From NCBI GenBank assembly GCA_041559575.1, contig JBFFDD010000001.1, positions 1-46,745 of the forward strand: 46,745 bases of DNA. Direction: 5' to 3'. Below the pieces are notes generated by a model. It was not told where the DNA came from. It did not search any database and saw nothing but the letters and a program-made list of their open reading frames with translations. The position numbers and the translations under genes were made by a program. The stretch's first letter is position 1; every line of letters begins with the position of its first letter. Positions 1 to 7,953 of the stretch are shown one piece after another. The stretch is from a bacterium (GTDB lineage: Bacteria > BMS3Abin14).

Positions 1-1
1 C

Positions 2-1360
2 AACCTCGGATTTGGAGACCTGTCTGTCTATAACGGTGGTACTCGTGGTGGAATACGGACACCAAATATCGATAAGCTTGCAAACGAGGGAATGAGGTTT
101 ACACAGTTCCTTGTGGAGCCAGGGTGCACTCCTTCACGTGCAGGCTTAATGACCGGGCAGTATTCGATCCGTAACGGCATGTCGCTGGTGATCGTCCCCG
201 GTATGGGGGGAGGCCTGGATGAGGGCGACTTTACGCTGGGCAAGTTATTCAATGCGGCAGGCTATAACACCGCCTACGCAGGTAAATGGCATCTGGGGCC
301 GGCGGCTAAGAGCCAGCCGCAAAACCAGGGTTTTGACAAGTGGTTGATCGGCTTTAGAGGGACAACGGATCAGGTCGTTTATGCTGAGCACATGAAGGTG
401 TCTGGAGTCCCTGAAAAAATGCAGGAGGGATTGATCCCCAAGCTCCTGGTGGCCAATGGACCGGGAGATGCCAAAGTAATCGGCGATTATGATTTTGAAT
501 ATCGCAAGGAGAAGATAGAAGCAGCTATCACCGAAAAATCGGTTGCCTACATAAAGAAAGCTGCGAAGGATGAGAAACCGTTCTTTTTGATGATTGGATT
601 TACCCGTCCTCACTTTCCCAATGACGTGGGGCAGGATTTTTACGGCAGATCCGGGGCAGGCAAATATGGCGACAGCATACTTGAGCTGGACTATCGAACG
701 GGTGAAGTTCTTCAAGCGATCAGTGATGCAGGCGTTGAAAACAATACCATTGTTGTCTGGATCTCTGACAATGGGGCGACGGTAACGGGAACTGCCATTG
801 ATGAAATTCACCAGGGAGATAATGGTCCGTTCAGAGGTGAGCTTGGTGATGCTTTTGAAGGTTCTATCCGTACTGCCGGGATGATCAAGTGGCCGGGAAA
901 GATCAGACCGTCGGTATCTAACGAAATGATCTCCATTCACGATTTTTTGCCGACGTTTGCACATATTCTCGATGTAGCATTGCCATCAAACAAATACTTT
1001 GACGGCGTTGATCAGACTGATTTCCTGCTTGGAAAACAGGACAGATCCAATCGTAACAGCCTGATCACCTTTATTGGCGCACGCATTGCTGCGGTGCGTT
1101 GGAACCAGTTTCGGATATACCCGATGAAAATCAACCCGACCGGCAACAACCCCAAGGTTGGTGGTTACCTGGGCATAACTGCCGAAACTGCAGGTTTTCC
1201 CCAGATATACAATATTGAGGCCGATCCAAAGGAGAGGGTGGATATCGGTCCAACCGGAGGCGGGTGGATCATGGGACCGTACATGCAAACAGTCACGGAG
1301 TATCTGGGTACGTTAAAAGATCATCCGAATCCGCCTGTACCGAACGTGACAAAATTTTAA
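2..1360 (+). CDS. Arylsulfatase family protein (Cys-type). The 5' end lies outside the window.
   Basis: The frame is open from nt 2: NLGFGDLSVYNGG..TPNIDKLANEGMRFTQF. It carries the formylglycine motif C-T-P-S-R (EPGCTPSRAGLMTGQY), then GKWHLG and WISDNG. Confidence 0.9.
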   Translation, partial: NLGFGDLSVYNGGTRGGIRTPNIDKLANEGMRFTQFLVEPGCTPSRAGLMTGQYSIRNGMSLVIVPGMGGGLDEGDFTLGKLFNAAGYNTAYAGKWHLGPAAKSQPQNQGFDKWLIGFRGTTDQVVYAEHMKVSGVPEKMQEGLIPKLLVANGPGDAKVIGDYDFEYRKEKIEAAITEKSVAYIKKAAKDEKPFFLMIGFTRPHFPNDVGQDFYGRSGAGKYGDSILELDYRTGEVLQAISDAGVENNTIVVWISDNGATVTGTAIDEIHQGDNGPFRGELGDAFEGSIRTAGMIKWPGKIRPSVSNEMISIHDFLPTFAHILDVALPSNKYFDGVDQTDFLLGKQDRSNRNSLITFIGARIAAVRWNQFRIYPMKINPTGNNPKVGGYLGITAETAGFPQIYNIEADPKERVDIGPTGGGWIMGPYMQTVTEYLGTLKDHPNPPVPNVTKF

Positions 1361-1532
1361 CCTTACTTGTTTCAGGGAGTAACTGGAATCCCGTTCACGC
1401 ACACTATTACGTGATAGGGATCTTAAAACCCGGGCGCGGGCGCCCTTCGACAAGCTCAGGACAGGCGGAAGTGGGCACGGGCGCGGGAAAATCAAAACCC
1501 TCCGACACCCGACAGCCAAAAGTGATATCATT

Positions 1533-1560
1533 GCCACTAGCCACTAACCACTAGCCACCC
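1533..1560. repeat. Tandem heptanucleotide array (GCCACTA family, 4 units)
   Basis: gccacta gccacta accacta gccaccc. Confidence 0.85.
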
Positions 1561-1620
1561 GTCGATCCCGCCTACGGCGGGACTCAGGGCAAGCTTTTCA
1601 CTAGCTATTTGGAGTTACCC

Positions 1621-2037
1621 ATGCACCGCTACCCCTTAATCCTTTTACTAATCCTCTCCCTCCTCCCCGTTTTCGCCTGTGGCGGGGAGCCGCCTGCGCC
1701 GTCATCGGCGGTCACCAAGGTGCTTCAACTCAAGGCGAAGATTGCGGAGGTTGTGATCGATGAGGAGCGCCAGGCGCAGGTGCTGAAAATTGCCGATAAA
1801 ATGGAAAAACAGGTCAAAAAGCTCGAAAGTCTGACAGGTTCGTCCAGGAACAAGATCTTTAAAACCTACAGAAAGAAGGACGCAGCGCCGGGGGATTTTG
1901 AAAAAATCCTCAACAAGCACAGCGAAAAGAGAATGAAGGCCGTCAATGAACTGGTCACTCTTCGTGTGGAAATGAAACAGCTGGTTTCGGAAGAGGAGTG
2001 GACAAGCCTTTCAGAAGACATGGAGTTTGTCAGGTAG
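1621..2037 (+). CDS. Small helical lipoprotein (hypothetical)
   Basis: ATG at 1621 is preceded by GGAG at 1611-1614. Signal peptide with lipobox LLPVFA-C. The remainder is charged and helical, with no recognisable family. Confidence 0.6.
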   Translation: MHRYPLILLLILSLLPVFACGGEPPAPSSAVTKVLQLKAKIAEVVIDEERQAQVLKIADKMEKQVKKLESLTGSSRNKIFKTYRKKDAAPGDFEKILNKHSEKRMKAVNELVTLRVEMKQLVSEEEWTSLSEDMEFVR

Positions 2038-2100
2038 TCCAACCCAGGCAACTGGAATGTAAAGCTTGGATCAAGTAATTAATTATTAGGGAGAATCGAG

Positions 2101-2499
2101 ATGCTCATAGCACTATATCTTGCCATTTTCGGAGGTGGCGCCGGCCCGGCCTTCACCGTGGATATGTTCCTGGCCGAAACGAAGACGGCAGTCATCCAGA
2201 TCGTCGAGGATACAGAGCGGGAGCAAAGGGTCGTCAACGTCATCGAGGATCTCGAGCGGTCCGTCACGGACTACAGGCAGCAGCGTGTAAAGGTGTCAAA
2301 AACCCTCATGACGGTGGACGCCAACTATAGCTCCGGTTCCGATGATTACATGAGCGCCCTGAAAGAGCTGGAAAAGGAGTGGCTCGATTTCGAGTTCGAG
2401 GTGGCGAAATCCCACATCGAGGTGACGAAACTTCTGACCGACAATGAGTGGGATCAGCTGTTCGATCGTTTGAAGGAGTATAGGAAGGGGAAGAATTAG
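2101..2499 (+). CDS. Small helical envelope protein (hypothetical), architecture similar to 1621..2037
   Basis: GGGAGA ribosome-binding site upstream. N-terminal hydrophobic segment, then a charged helical body. The tail motif LTDNEWDQL resembles VSEEEWTSL in the upstream gene. Confidence 0.55.
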   Translation: MLIALYLAIFGGGAGPAFTVDMFLAETKTAVIQIVEDTEREQRVVNVIEDLERSVTDYRQQRVKVSKTLMTVDANYSSGSDDYMSALKELEKEWLDFEFEVAKSHIEVTKLLTDNEWDQLFDRLKEYRKGKN

Positions 2500-2580
2500 T
2501 GGCTAGAAACTAGTGGCTTGTGGCAAGCAAGATCACAGTCTTGACTTTTCTAACCACTAGTCACAAGTCACTAGCCACTT
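2497..2580. repeat. Two complementary heptad arms (TAGTGGC units, then GCCACTA units)
   Basis: Left arm: tagtggc tagaaac tagtggc ttgtggc (2497-2524). Right arm: accacta gtcacaa gtcacta gccactt (2553-2580). Confidence 0.85.
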
Positions 2581-2599
2581 AATTAAATAAAGGTACCCC

Positions 2600-3370
2600 A
2601 TGAAAAGCATACCGTTTCACATCATCATTGTACTAATCCTTACCATCCTGATCGCTCCGCCCTCCCTTGCCCTGGCCGATACCATCACCCTTGACGACGG
2701 GCAGACTCTCAAGGGGACCTTTCAGGGCATCTCTGAGGGCAGGGTCCGGTTCGAGGCCTTCGGAAATGCCATGGAGTTCGACGCCGGCGATGTCCAGTCC
2801 CTGAGCCTTGACAAGGCGGCACCGGTCCCGACGACCCCTCAGCCGGCTCAGGCGCCTGCTCAGCCGCCGGCCCCGGCAAGAGCCCAGGCCATGGCCGGGA
2901 CCGTGCCGGCCGGGACCGTCCTGCTGGTCAAGACCAACACCGAACTGATCACCGGCAGGGTCAGCAAGGGGGATCCTTTTATCACCACCCTGGAGACGGC
3001 GGTGACGGTCAACGGCCAGGTTCTTCTGCCCAAGGGGACAAGGGTGTTCGGCCGGGTTTCCGACGCTGTGAAGGGAGGAAGGCTGGCCCGCATCGCCAGG
3101 CTGGTAATCGAACTGAACGATATCGAGGGCAAGAGCGGCAGGATCCCCATCCGGACGGACCAGCAGGGTTTCGAGGGCGAGAGGCAGGGGACCCTCCGCA
3201 AGGTGGCCATCGGGGCCGCCATCGGTTCCATCGATGACGGTTCCGAGGGCGCGGAGGATGGTGCCGCCTACGGCGGCGTGGCAGCGGCCATGACCCCCGG
3301 CAACCAGATCAGGATCCCGCCGGGCATGCTCCTCGAGTTCAGGCTGCAGAGTCCGGTGGAGGTGAGGTAA
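2600..3370 (+). CDS. Exported protein with a Pro/Ala-rich linker (hypothetical)
   Basis: Signal peptide ending LALA-D, a PTTPQPAQAPAQPPAPA linker, and a Gly/Ala-rich C-terminus. The 258-aa antisense ORF is a GC-rich shadow. Confidence 0.7.
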   Translation: MKSIPFHIIIVLILTILIAPPSLALADTITLDDGQTLKGTFQGISEGRVRFEAFGNAMEFDAGDVQSLSLDKAAPVPTTPQPAQAPAQPPAPARAQAMAGTVPAGTVLLVKTNTELITGRVSKGDPFITTLETAVTVNGQVLLPKGTRVFGRVSDAVKGGRLARIARLVIELNDIEGKSGRIPIRTDQQGFEGERQGTLRKVAIGAAIGSIDDGSEGAEDGAAYGGVAAAMTPGNQIRIPPGMLLEFRLQSPVEVR

Positions 3371-3380
3371 AGAAGTTACG

Positions 3381-3492
3381 AGTGGCAAGTGGTTAGTGGT
3401 TAGTGACAAAAAAATTCTATTACCGCGATCTTACCAGCAACAAGTCACTAGAAACTAGACACTTAATTTTAAGCTAGCCACCAACCACTAAC
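3381..3492. repeat. Two complementary heptad arms of the same family
   Basis: Left arm: agtggc aagtggt tagtggt tagtgac (3381-3407). Right arms: gtcacta gaaacta gacactt (3444-3464) and gccacca accacta (3477-3490). Confidence 0.85.
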
Positions 3493-3506
3493 AAATGGAG
3501 GCTTCC

Positions 3507-4250
3507 ATGAAAACAAGGTGCCGCAGCATCAAGAGGCTGACAGTTGTTTTTCTCTCGCTCCTAATAGTAGCGTTGATCTATTCACCACCCGCTTCTCAAG
3601 CGGCCGAGGAGGTCGAGTATCTGTTCATCCCCTACCTGTGGACCGCCGGTCTGGACGGCGATTTAGGTATCGGCACCACCGCCGTTCCGGTGGACCTCAG
3701 CTTCAGCGACCTGGCCGAGTTCGTCGATATCGGGGGGGCGGCTGTCTTCGAGGCCAGGGCCGACCGGTGGTCCTACATGGTCGACGCGTTCTTCATCAGG
3801 CTGGCCGAGATCCGGGAGAAGGGACCACTCACCGTCGACGTCGAGGTGGAGACGACCATCCTGGAAGTGGCGGTTGCCTACCGGTACGGCGAACCGGGAT
3901 CCTTCGAGGTCCTCGGAGGGGCGCGGTACATGGATCTGTCCACCGATTTCGACCTAACCTCCGGACCTGATCTGGACAGCAAGGATGACTGGGTGGACCC
4001 GTTCCTGGGCGGCCGGATCAGGATCCCCCTCGGTGTGGACTGGAACCTCCAGCTTCGGGGCGACATCGGCGGCTTCGGGATCGGTTCCGATCTCACCTGG
4101 AACGCTCTTGCCGCACTGGGGTGGGACGTGTCGAATACGGTCTCACTGGCCGCGGCCTACCGGGTCCTGGACACGGATTTCGACGACGACGGGTTCCTCT
4201 ACGACATCGCCATGAGCGGATTCGGATTGGGTTTCGTGTTTCGCTTTTAA
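3507..4250 (+). CDS. Outer membrane beta-barrel protein (hypothetical)
   Basis: GGAGG lies 5 nt before the ATG at 3507. Signal peptide ..ASQA-AEE, alternating beta-strand pattern, and a C-terminal GLGFVFRF ending in Phe, typical of BAM substrates. Confidence 0.7.
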   Translation: MKTRCRSIKRLTVVFLSLLIVALIYSPPASQAAEEVEYLFIPYLWTAGLDGDLGIGTTAVPVDLSFSDLAEFVDIGGAAVFEARADRWSYMVDAFFIRLAEIREKGPLTVDVEVETTILEVAVAYRYGEPGSFEVLGGARYMDLSTDFDLTSGPDLDSKDDWVDPFLGGRIRIPLGVDWNLQLRGDIGGFGIGSDLTWNALAALGWDVSNTVSLAAAYRVLDTDFDDDGFLYDIAMSGFGLGFVFRF

Positions 4251-4265
4251 ATACCTAAACGCTCT

Positions 4266-4334
4266 GGGGTCGAGCCCTGCCTTCTGACATTCGGAGATTT
4301 GATATCAAGACGTCAGAAGGCAGGGCTTGACCCC
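4266..4334. repeat. Inverted pair of a 23-nt REP-like element (copies 1 and 2)
   Basis: ggggtcgagccctgccttctgac (4266-4288) and gtcagaaggcagggcttgacccc (4312-4334). There is 1 mismatch when paired, with a 23-nt loop. Confidence 0.9.
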
Positions 4335-4380
4335 AATCATTCCCATATGTATTTCCCCCTGTCTGTGATAAGATAAACCC

Positions 4381-4581
4381 ATGAAAAATAAGAATTTAAC
4401 GGCTGCAAAGACACGTTTGGAGGATCAGGGAAAGGAGTTCGATCTCCTAGGTACTACACAGGGGGAAAGGATGGGGATGGTGTGGCAGTTGACCGTCAAT
4501 GCCTGGGCATTCAAGGGCGAATCCATTGATCAGCGAAGATTACAGAGACATATTGAGCATATTCATCGACGGGAACGTTGA
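4381..4581 (+). CDS. Small protein upstream of, and overlapping, the nucleotidyltransferase gene (possible antitoxin-like partner)
   Basis: 66-aa ORF ending ..RLQRHIEHIHRRER. It overlaps the next ORF in another frame. There is no direct family evidence. Confidence 0.4.
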   Translation: MKNKNLTAAKTRLEDQGKEFDLLGTTQGERMGMVWQLTVNAWAFKGESIDQRRLQRHIEHIHRRER

Positions 4582-4969
4582 GTTTCTTGTCGTGGGAGCA
4601 TACGCTCTGGCCGCTCACGGTATCCCAAGGGCAACGGGGGATATCGACCTGTGGATAAATCGATCATCCCGGAATGTTAAAAATGTCTGGAAAGCGTTGG
4701 AAAAGTTCGGTGCGCCTCTAGCTAAACTGGATGTTTCTGATCTGGAGAAACCAGGGATTGTCTATCAGATCGGTGTTGCTCCCAACCGTATCGATATCCT
4801 AACATTCATTGACGGGGTGGAATTCTCTGACGCTTGGCCTATGAGGCTGGAAGTGAATATTGAAGGCCTTATAGTACCGGTAATAGGAAAGAAGCACCTG
4901 ATAGAAAACAAGAAAACCGTTGCCAGACCCCAGGATCTTGTCGATATCGAAGTGCTGGAGTCATTGTAA
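4499..4969 (+). CDS. Nucleotidyltransferase-fold protein (AbiEii/DUF6036-like)
   Basis: VEFLVVGAYALAAHGIPRATGDIDLWI matches the G-x-D-x-D nucleotidyltransferase pattern. The tail ..RPQDLVDIEVL is also typical. The start is uncertain, with in-frame TTG alternatives downstream. Confidence 0.7.
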   Translation: MPGHSRANPLISEDYRDILSIFIDGNVEFLVVGAYALAAHGIPRATGDIDLWINRSSRNVKNVWKALEKFGAPLAKLDVSDLEKPGIVYQIGVAPNRIDILTFIDGVEFSDAWPMRLEVNIEGLIVPVIGKKHLIENKKTVARPQDLVDIEVLESL

Positions 4970-5022
4970 GTGCACTGGGATCAGGTCCTGATTTTTACCA
5001 TTTTGACGACAAATCTAAGGAT

Positions 5023-5045
5023 GTCAGAAGGCAGGACCTGACCCC
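5023..5045 (+). repeat. REP-like element, copy 3
   Basis: gtcagaaggcaggacctgacccc. The downstream flank cccca[a/g]tc[a/c]ttccca is shared with copy 2. Confidence 0.9.
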
Positions 5046-5078
5046 AGTCCTTCCCAAAAACAGCAAAAGGCATAGCCA

Positions 5079-5798
5079 TTGAACCACCTCGTATCCTTTC
5101 TTGTTGTACTCATTCTCGCATTATCCCACTTGGTTGTCAGTCGGCTAAGATTCCTAGAGGGCCCCAGGGGATATATCTGGCAGTCGATGGCTGGCGGCGC
5201 CGCCGTGAGCTACGTTTTCGTGTACATACTGCCCAGCCTGGCCAGAAAGCAGATCGTCCTGGAAAAGACAGCCTATTTCGAATTCTTTGCCCGGTACCGG
5301 GCCTACCTGCTGTGCATGGGAGGCTTCCTGGTCTATTACGGCATCAGGAGATTGACGACCCTCCCGGGTATCGGCCCGAAGACGCGCAACTGGTCGCTGC
5401 TGGCGGGTTTTTCCACTTACAGCATGCTTCTGGGATACCTTCTGGGCGAGATGGAGGATCCCGGCTTCGGTTTCCTGAGCCTTGTCGCCGTCGGCATGTC
5501 CCTCCATTTCATCGGTACCGATCACGAGTTCAGGGGCCACGACCGATCGTTCTACGACCGGACCATGCGCTGGTCCCTGGCCGGCTCCATTTTGCTGGGC
5601 TGGGGCCTGGGATCAGCGCATCTGTTGGGACATGCACCGGTGGCCGCCTGGATGGCCTTCCTGTCCGGGGCCATAATCATCAACACCCTGTGGGAGGAGG
5701 TACCGGACGAGCGCAGCGGAAGGTTCTGGCCCTTTCTCGTCGGCGCCGCTGGGTTTACCTTTCTGGTATTGCTGGTTTACAGTCTGGTCGGAATGTAA
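5079..5798 (+). CDS. Polytopic integral membrane protein (hypothetical)
   Basis: TTG start. About 7 hydrophobic segments. Contains His/Asp/Glu motifs (HFIGTDHEFRGHD, WEEVPDE). Family not recognised. Confidence 0.65.
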   Translation: MNHLVSFLVVLILALSHLVVSRLRFLEGPRGYIWQSMAGGAAVSYVFVYILPSLARKQIVLEKTAYFEFFARYRAYLLCMGGFLVYYGIRRLTTLPGIGPKTRNWSLLAGFSTYSMLLGYLLGEMEDPGFGFLSLVAVGMSLHFIGTDHEFRGHDRSFYDRTMRWSLAGSILLGWGLGSAHLLGHAPVAAWMAFLSGAIIINTLWEEVPDERSGRFWPFLVGAAGFTFLVLLVYSLVGM

Positions 5799-5850
5799 TT
5801 GTCCGGGGTCGGATCACGTTTTCCGACTGGACCGGCTTTACAGGGGTGAA

Positions 5851-5873
5851 TGTCAGAAGGCAGGGCCTGACCC
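5851..5873 (+). repeat. REP-like element, copy 4
   Basis: gtcagaaggcagggcctgacccc. Confidence 0.9.
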
Positions 5874-5986
5874 CGGAATCACCGGAATCTATACCAACTC
5901 ACTATGCAACAGCCTCCCCGGTACGGTATATTTATGGCAATGAAACATCAACCTTAATGCGGAGCAAGGGAACGGGGGATGAGCCG

Positions 5987-6727
5987 ATGAGGATCTCAGG
6001 CAGGCTGAGCTGTATCGCCGCTTTGTTCTTACTGTTTTTCATGTTTTTTACCGGAACCGGGAATGCGGTCATCCGTCTGCAGGACGATGACAGCACCAGG
6101 ATCCACCGCCTTCACGTGCTCATGAACCACGGGCTCATGATGTTTCTGGACGGGATCAACCTGCTCATGGTCGCAGACATGAAGATGGCCCCCAGCTTCG
6201 ACGAGATGGCCGCCGACTACGCCAAGAGGAACATGGCCAAGGGCAGGAGGGACATCGAGCAGGCCCTGGCCAGCGATCACATGGAGATCCTGGTGGAACA
6301 GGGTTTCGGAGACCACCCCCTGATGACCACCGCCAGGGATCTCGGCAAGACGATGCTGGAGCTGATCTATCTCCTCGAGGATATGGAGATGGATGAGTTA
6401 GCCAGCGAGAGCATGGACCTGCACCACATGCACATCCTGCTTAACAAGGGGCTCAAGGACGTGGCCAACGGATCCAACATGATCATGGCCACCCTGCTCA
6501 GCTCCATCCCCCAGGTGGACCAGTACCTGGCGAAACACGGCCGGAACATGATCAAGGACGGGCGGGCCCTGATCGTGAGCATAACCCGAAGCGAAGCCTA
6601 CAGGACCCTTCAGAAAAGGACGGAGTCCGCCCGGAGGAACAGGATCAGACAGCAGACCCAGCAGTGCGTCGATCTCTCCCTGCAGATCGTCGACATCCTG
6701 GCCAGGATGAAGCTGGTGGGGGAGTAA
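5987..6727 (+). CDS. Secreted His/Met-rich helical protein with an internal duplication (hypothetical)
   Basis: ATG at 5987 follows GGGGGA and starts a signal peptide (LSCIAALFLLFFMFFTGTGNA). The ORF part upstream of it (5312-5986) overlaps the previous gene in another frame. Two related segments are present: HRLHVLMNHGLMMFLDGINLLMVA and HHMHILLNKGLKDVANGSNMIMAT. Confidence 0.65.
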   Translation: MRISGRLSCIAALFLLFFMFFTGTGNAVIRLQDDDSTRIHRLHVLMNHGLMMFLDGINLLMVADMKMAPSFDEMAADYAKRNMAKGRRDIEQALASDHMEILVEQGFGDHPLMTTARDLGKTMLELIYLLEDMEMDELASESMDLHHMHILLNKGLKDVANGSNMIMATLLSSIPQVDQYLAKHGRNMIKDGRALIVSITRSEAYRTLQKRTESARRNRIRQQTQQCVDLSLQIVDILARMKLVGE

Positions 6728-6735
6728 AAAACGAA

Positions 6736-7029
6736 ACGAAGGAGTAAGACGAAGACGAAGTTAAATTAAAAAAGAAGGTACGGATCGTTCTTTCTGGTTA
6801 TATATAAATTCTATTTATTATTTTAAAGTAAATAATTAAAGATATATATTAATAAATTACATTAAGTATTATTTTTTCCATATCAAAATCAGGGCCGTCG
6901 TTTGCCTGCTGACCACCCATACTTAGCAATCATGGTAATGGATGGTTCTTGAATCCCCTCAGCGTTCAGGTTTCAGAATTTTCAACGGTCTTACCGGTGA
7001 GACACTTTGTCTTCGTCTTGCTCCTCCGT
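6736..7029. repeat. 25-bp inverted repeat pair flanking a strongly AT-rich core
   Basis: acgaaggagtaagacgaagacgaag (6736-6760) matches the reverse complement of 7005-7029 at 22 of 25 positions. The core at about 6761-6895 is almost pure A/T. Confidence 0.85.
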
Positions 7030-7053
7030 CTGCCGATCCTTACTTTTGTCCAT

Positions 7054-7953
7054 TCAGCCGATCGTGATCCGGTTCCTGCCATCCTGCTTGCTGCGGTACA
7101 TGAGCTCGTCGGCCCGCTTGACGACGTCGGCCATCGCTTCGCTCCGGTGGGCGAGGGTGGCCCCGATGGAGATGGTGAATCGGATCTTTTTCTTTCCCAC
7201 CTTGACGTAGGACTGTTCAACGAGGGACCGGAACCTCTCGGCGACAACGGTCAGGATGTCCCTGCTGACGTTGGACACCGCGGCTACGAACTCCTCACCG
7301 CCCCAGCGGCAAAGCAGGTCCTGGGGTCGTATGGCGCCCTTGAGGGTCGTGGCTGTGCTTCTCAGGACACTGTCCCCGACGTCGTGCCCGTAACTGTCGT
7401 TGATCTCCTTGAACAGGTCCAGATCCATGAACAGAACACCGACACTGGACGCGTACCGTTCCATGTCCTCCAGTTTCGTCTTCAGTCCCATCTCCATGTA
7501 GCGCCTGTTGCCGAGCTTGGTCAGGTCATCGAGGAGTGCCAGTTCCTGCAGTTCCTCGATCTTCATCTCCGATTGGACCTTGGCGGAGTTGTCGCTGAAG
7601 ATCTCCACGGCGCCCACGATCTCGCCTTGTCCGTCCCTGATGGGGGAGACCCTGACCAGGACCGGAACCCGGTGGCCCTCCTTGTGGTGGAGGAAAACGT
7701 CCGACTCCTTCATCTTGCCGGTCATCAGGGTATCCTCGAGGGGACACCCGGATTGACAGAGCTGATTACCCCGGTCGTCCATGTGGGCCAGGAAATTGTC
7801 CCAGCAGCTCTTGCCGATAACCTCGTCCCTGGAGTAACCGGTTAGTATCTCGGCCCCCCTGTTCCAGTAGGAGATCTTCCTGTCCCGATCCACGAAGTAG
7901 ACCCCGTCGTAGAGGTTGTCGAGGAGGTCCCGGTAGAACTTTTCGTCTCTCAT
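7054..7953 (-). CDS. PAS domain-containing diguanylate cyclase (GGDEF)
   Basis: The N-terminal part is PAS-like (LYDGVYFVDRDRKISYWNRGAEILTGYSRDEVIGKSC). The GGDEF domain has an intact GGEEF (RWGGEEFV). Confidence 0.9.
   Translation of the reverse strand: MRDEKFYRDLLDNLYDGVYFVDRDRKISYWNRGAEILTGYSRDEVIGKSCWDNFLAHMDDRGNQLCQSGCPLEDTLMTGKMKESDVFLHHKEGHRVPVLVRVSPIRDGQGEIVGAVEIFSDNSAKVQSEMKIEELQELALLDDLTKLGNRRYMEMGLKTKLEDMERYASSVGVLFMDLDLFKEINDSYGHDVGDSVLRSTATTLKGAIRPQDLLCRWGGEEFVAAVSNVSRDILTVVAERFRSLVEQSYVKVGKKKIRFTISIGATLAHRSEAMADVVKRADELMYRSKQDGRNRITIG

Noticed and set aside
1443-1465. A motif related to tcgacaagctcagg at 1443-1465, and inverted at 15785-15804, together with the small palindrome cccgcc-tac-ggcggg at 1568-1582, as a further REP family.
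   Set aside because: The shared core is only about 11-14 nt, which is within chance expectation. It resembles REP-type sequences seen in other genomes, but I cannot support it from this window alone.
2633-3409. Long antisense ORFs lie opposite well-supported genes. Examples: 2633..3409(-), 6949..7845(+), 9560..10459(-), 9846..10982(-), 12422..13057(-), 14777..15670(+), 17061..17858(+), 20992..22266(-), 26747..27628(-), 28223..28912(-), 28731..29504(-), 33294..34127(-), 34143..34988(-), 39313..40155(-), 41634..42288(-), 43802..44470(+), 44542..45387(+) and 45845..46312(+).
   Set aside because: Their products are Arg/Gly/Pro-rich with no recognisable motifs. Each lies opposite a gene with strong family signatures. 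This is the typical stop-poor shadow-frame behaviour of GC-rich coding DNA.
5312-5986. The 5' two-thirds of the 471-aa ORF 5312..6727.
   Set aside because: This part overlaps the membrane-protein gene in another frame and translates to Arg/Pro/Gly-rich sequence. A signal peptide preceded by a ribosome-binding site starts at 5987, so only 5987..6727 is called.
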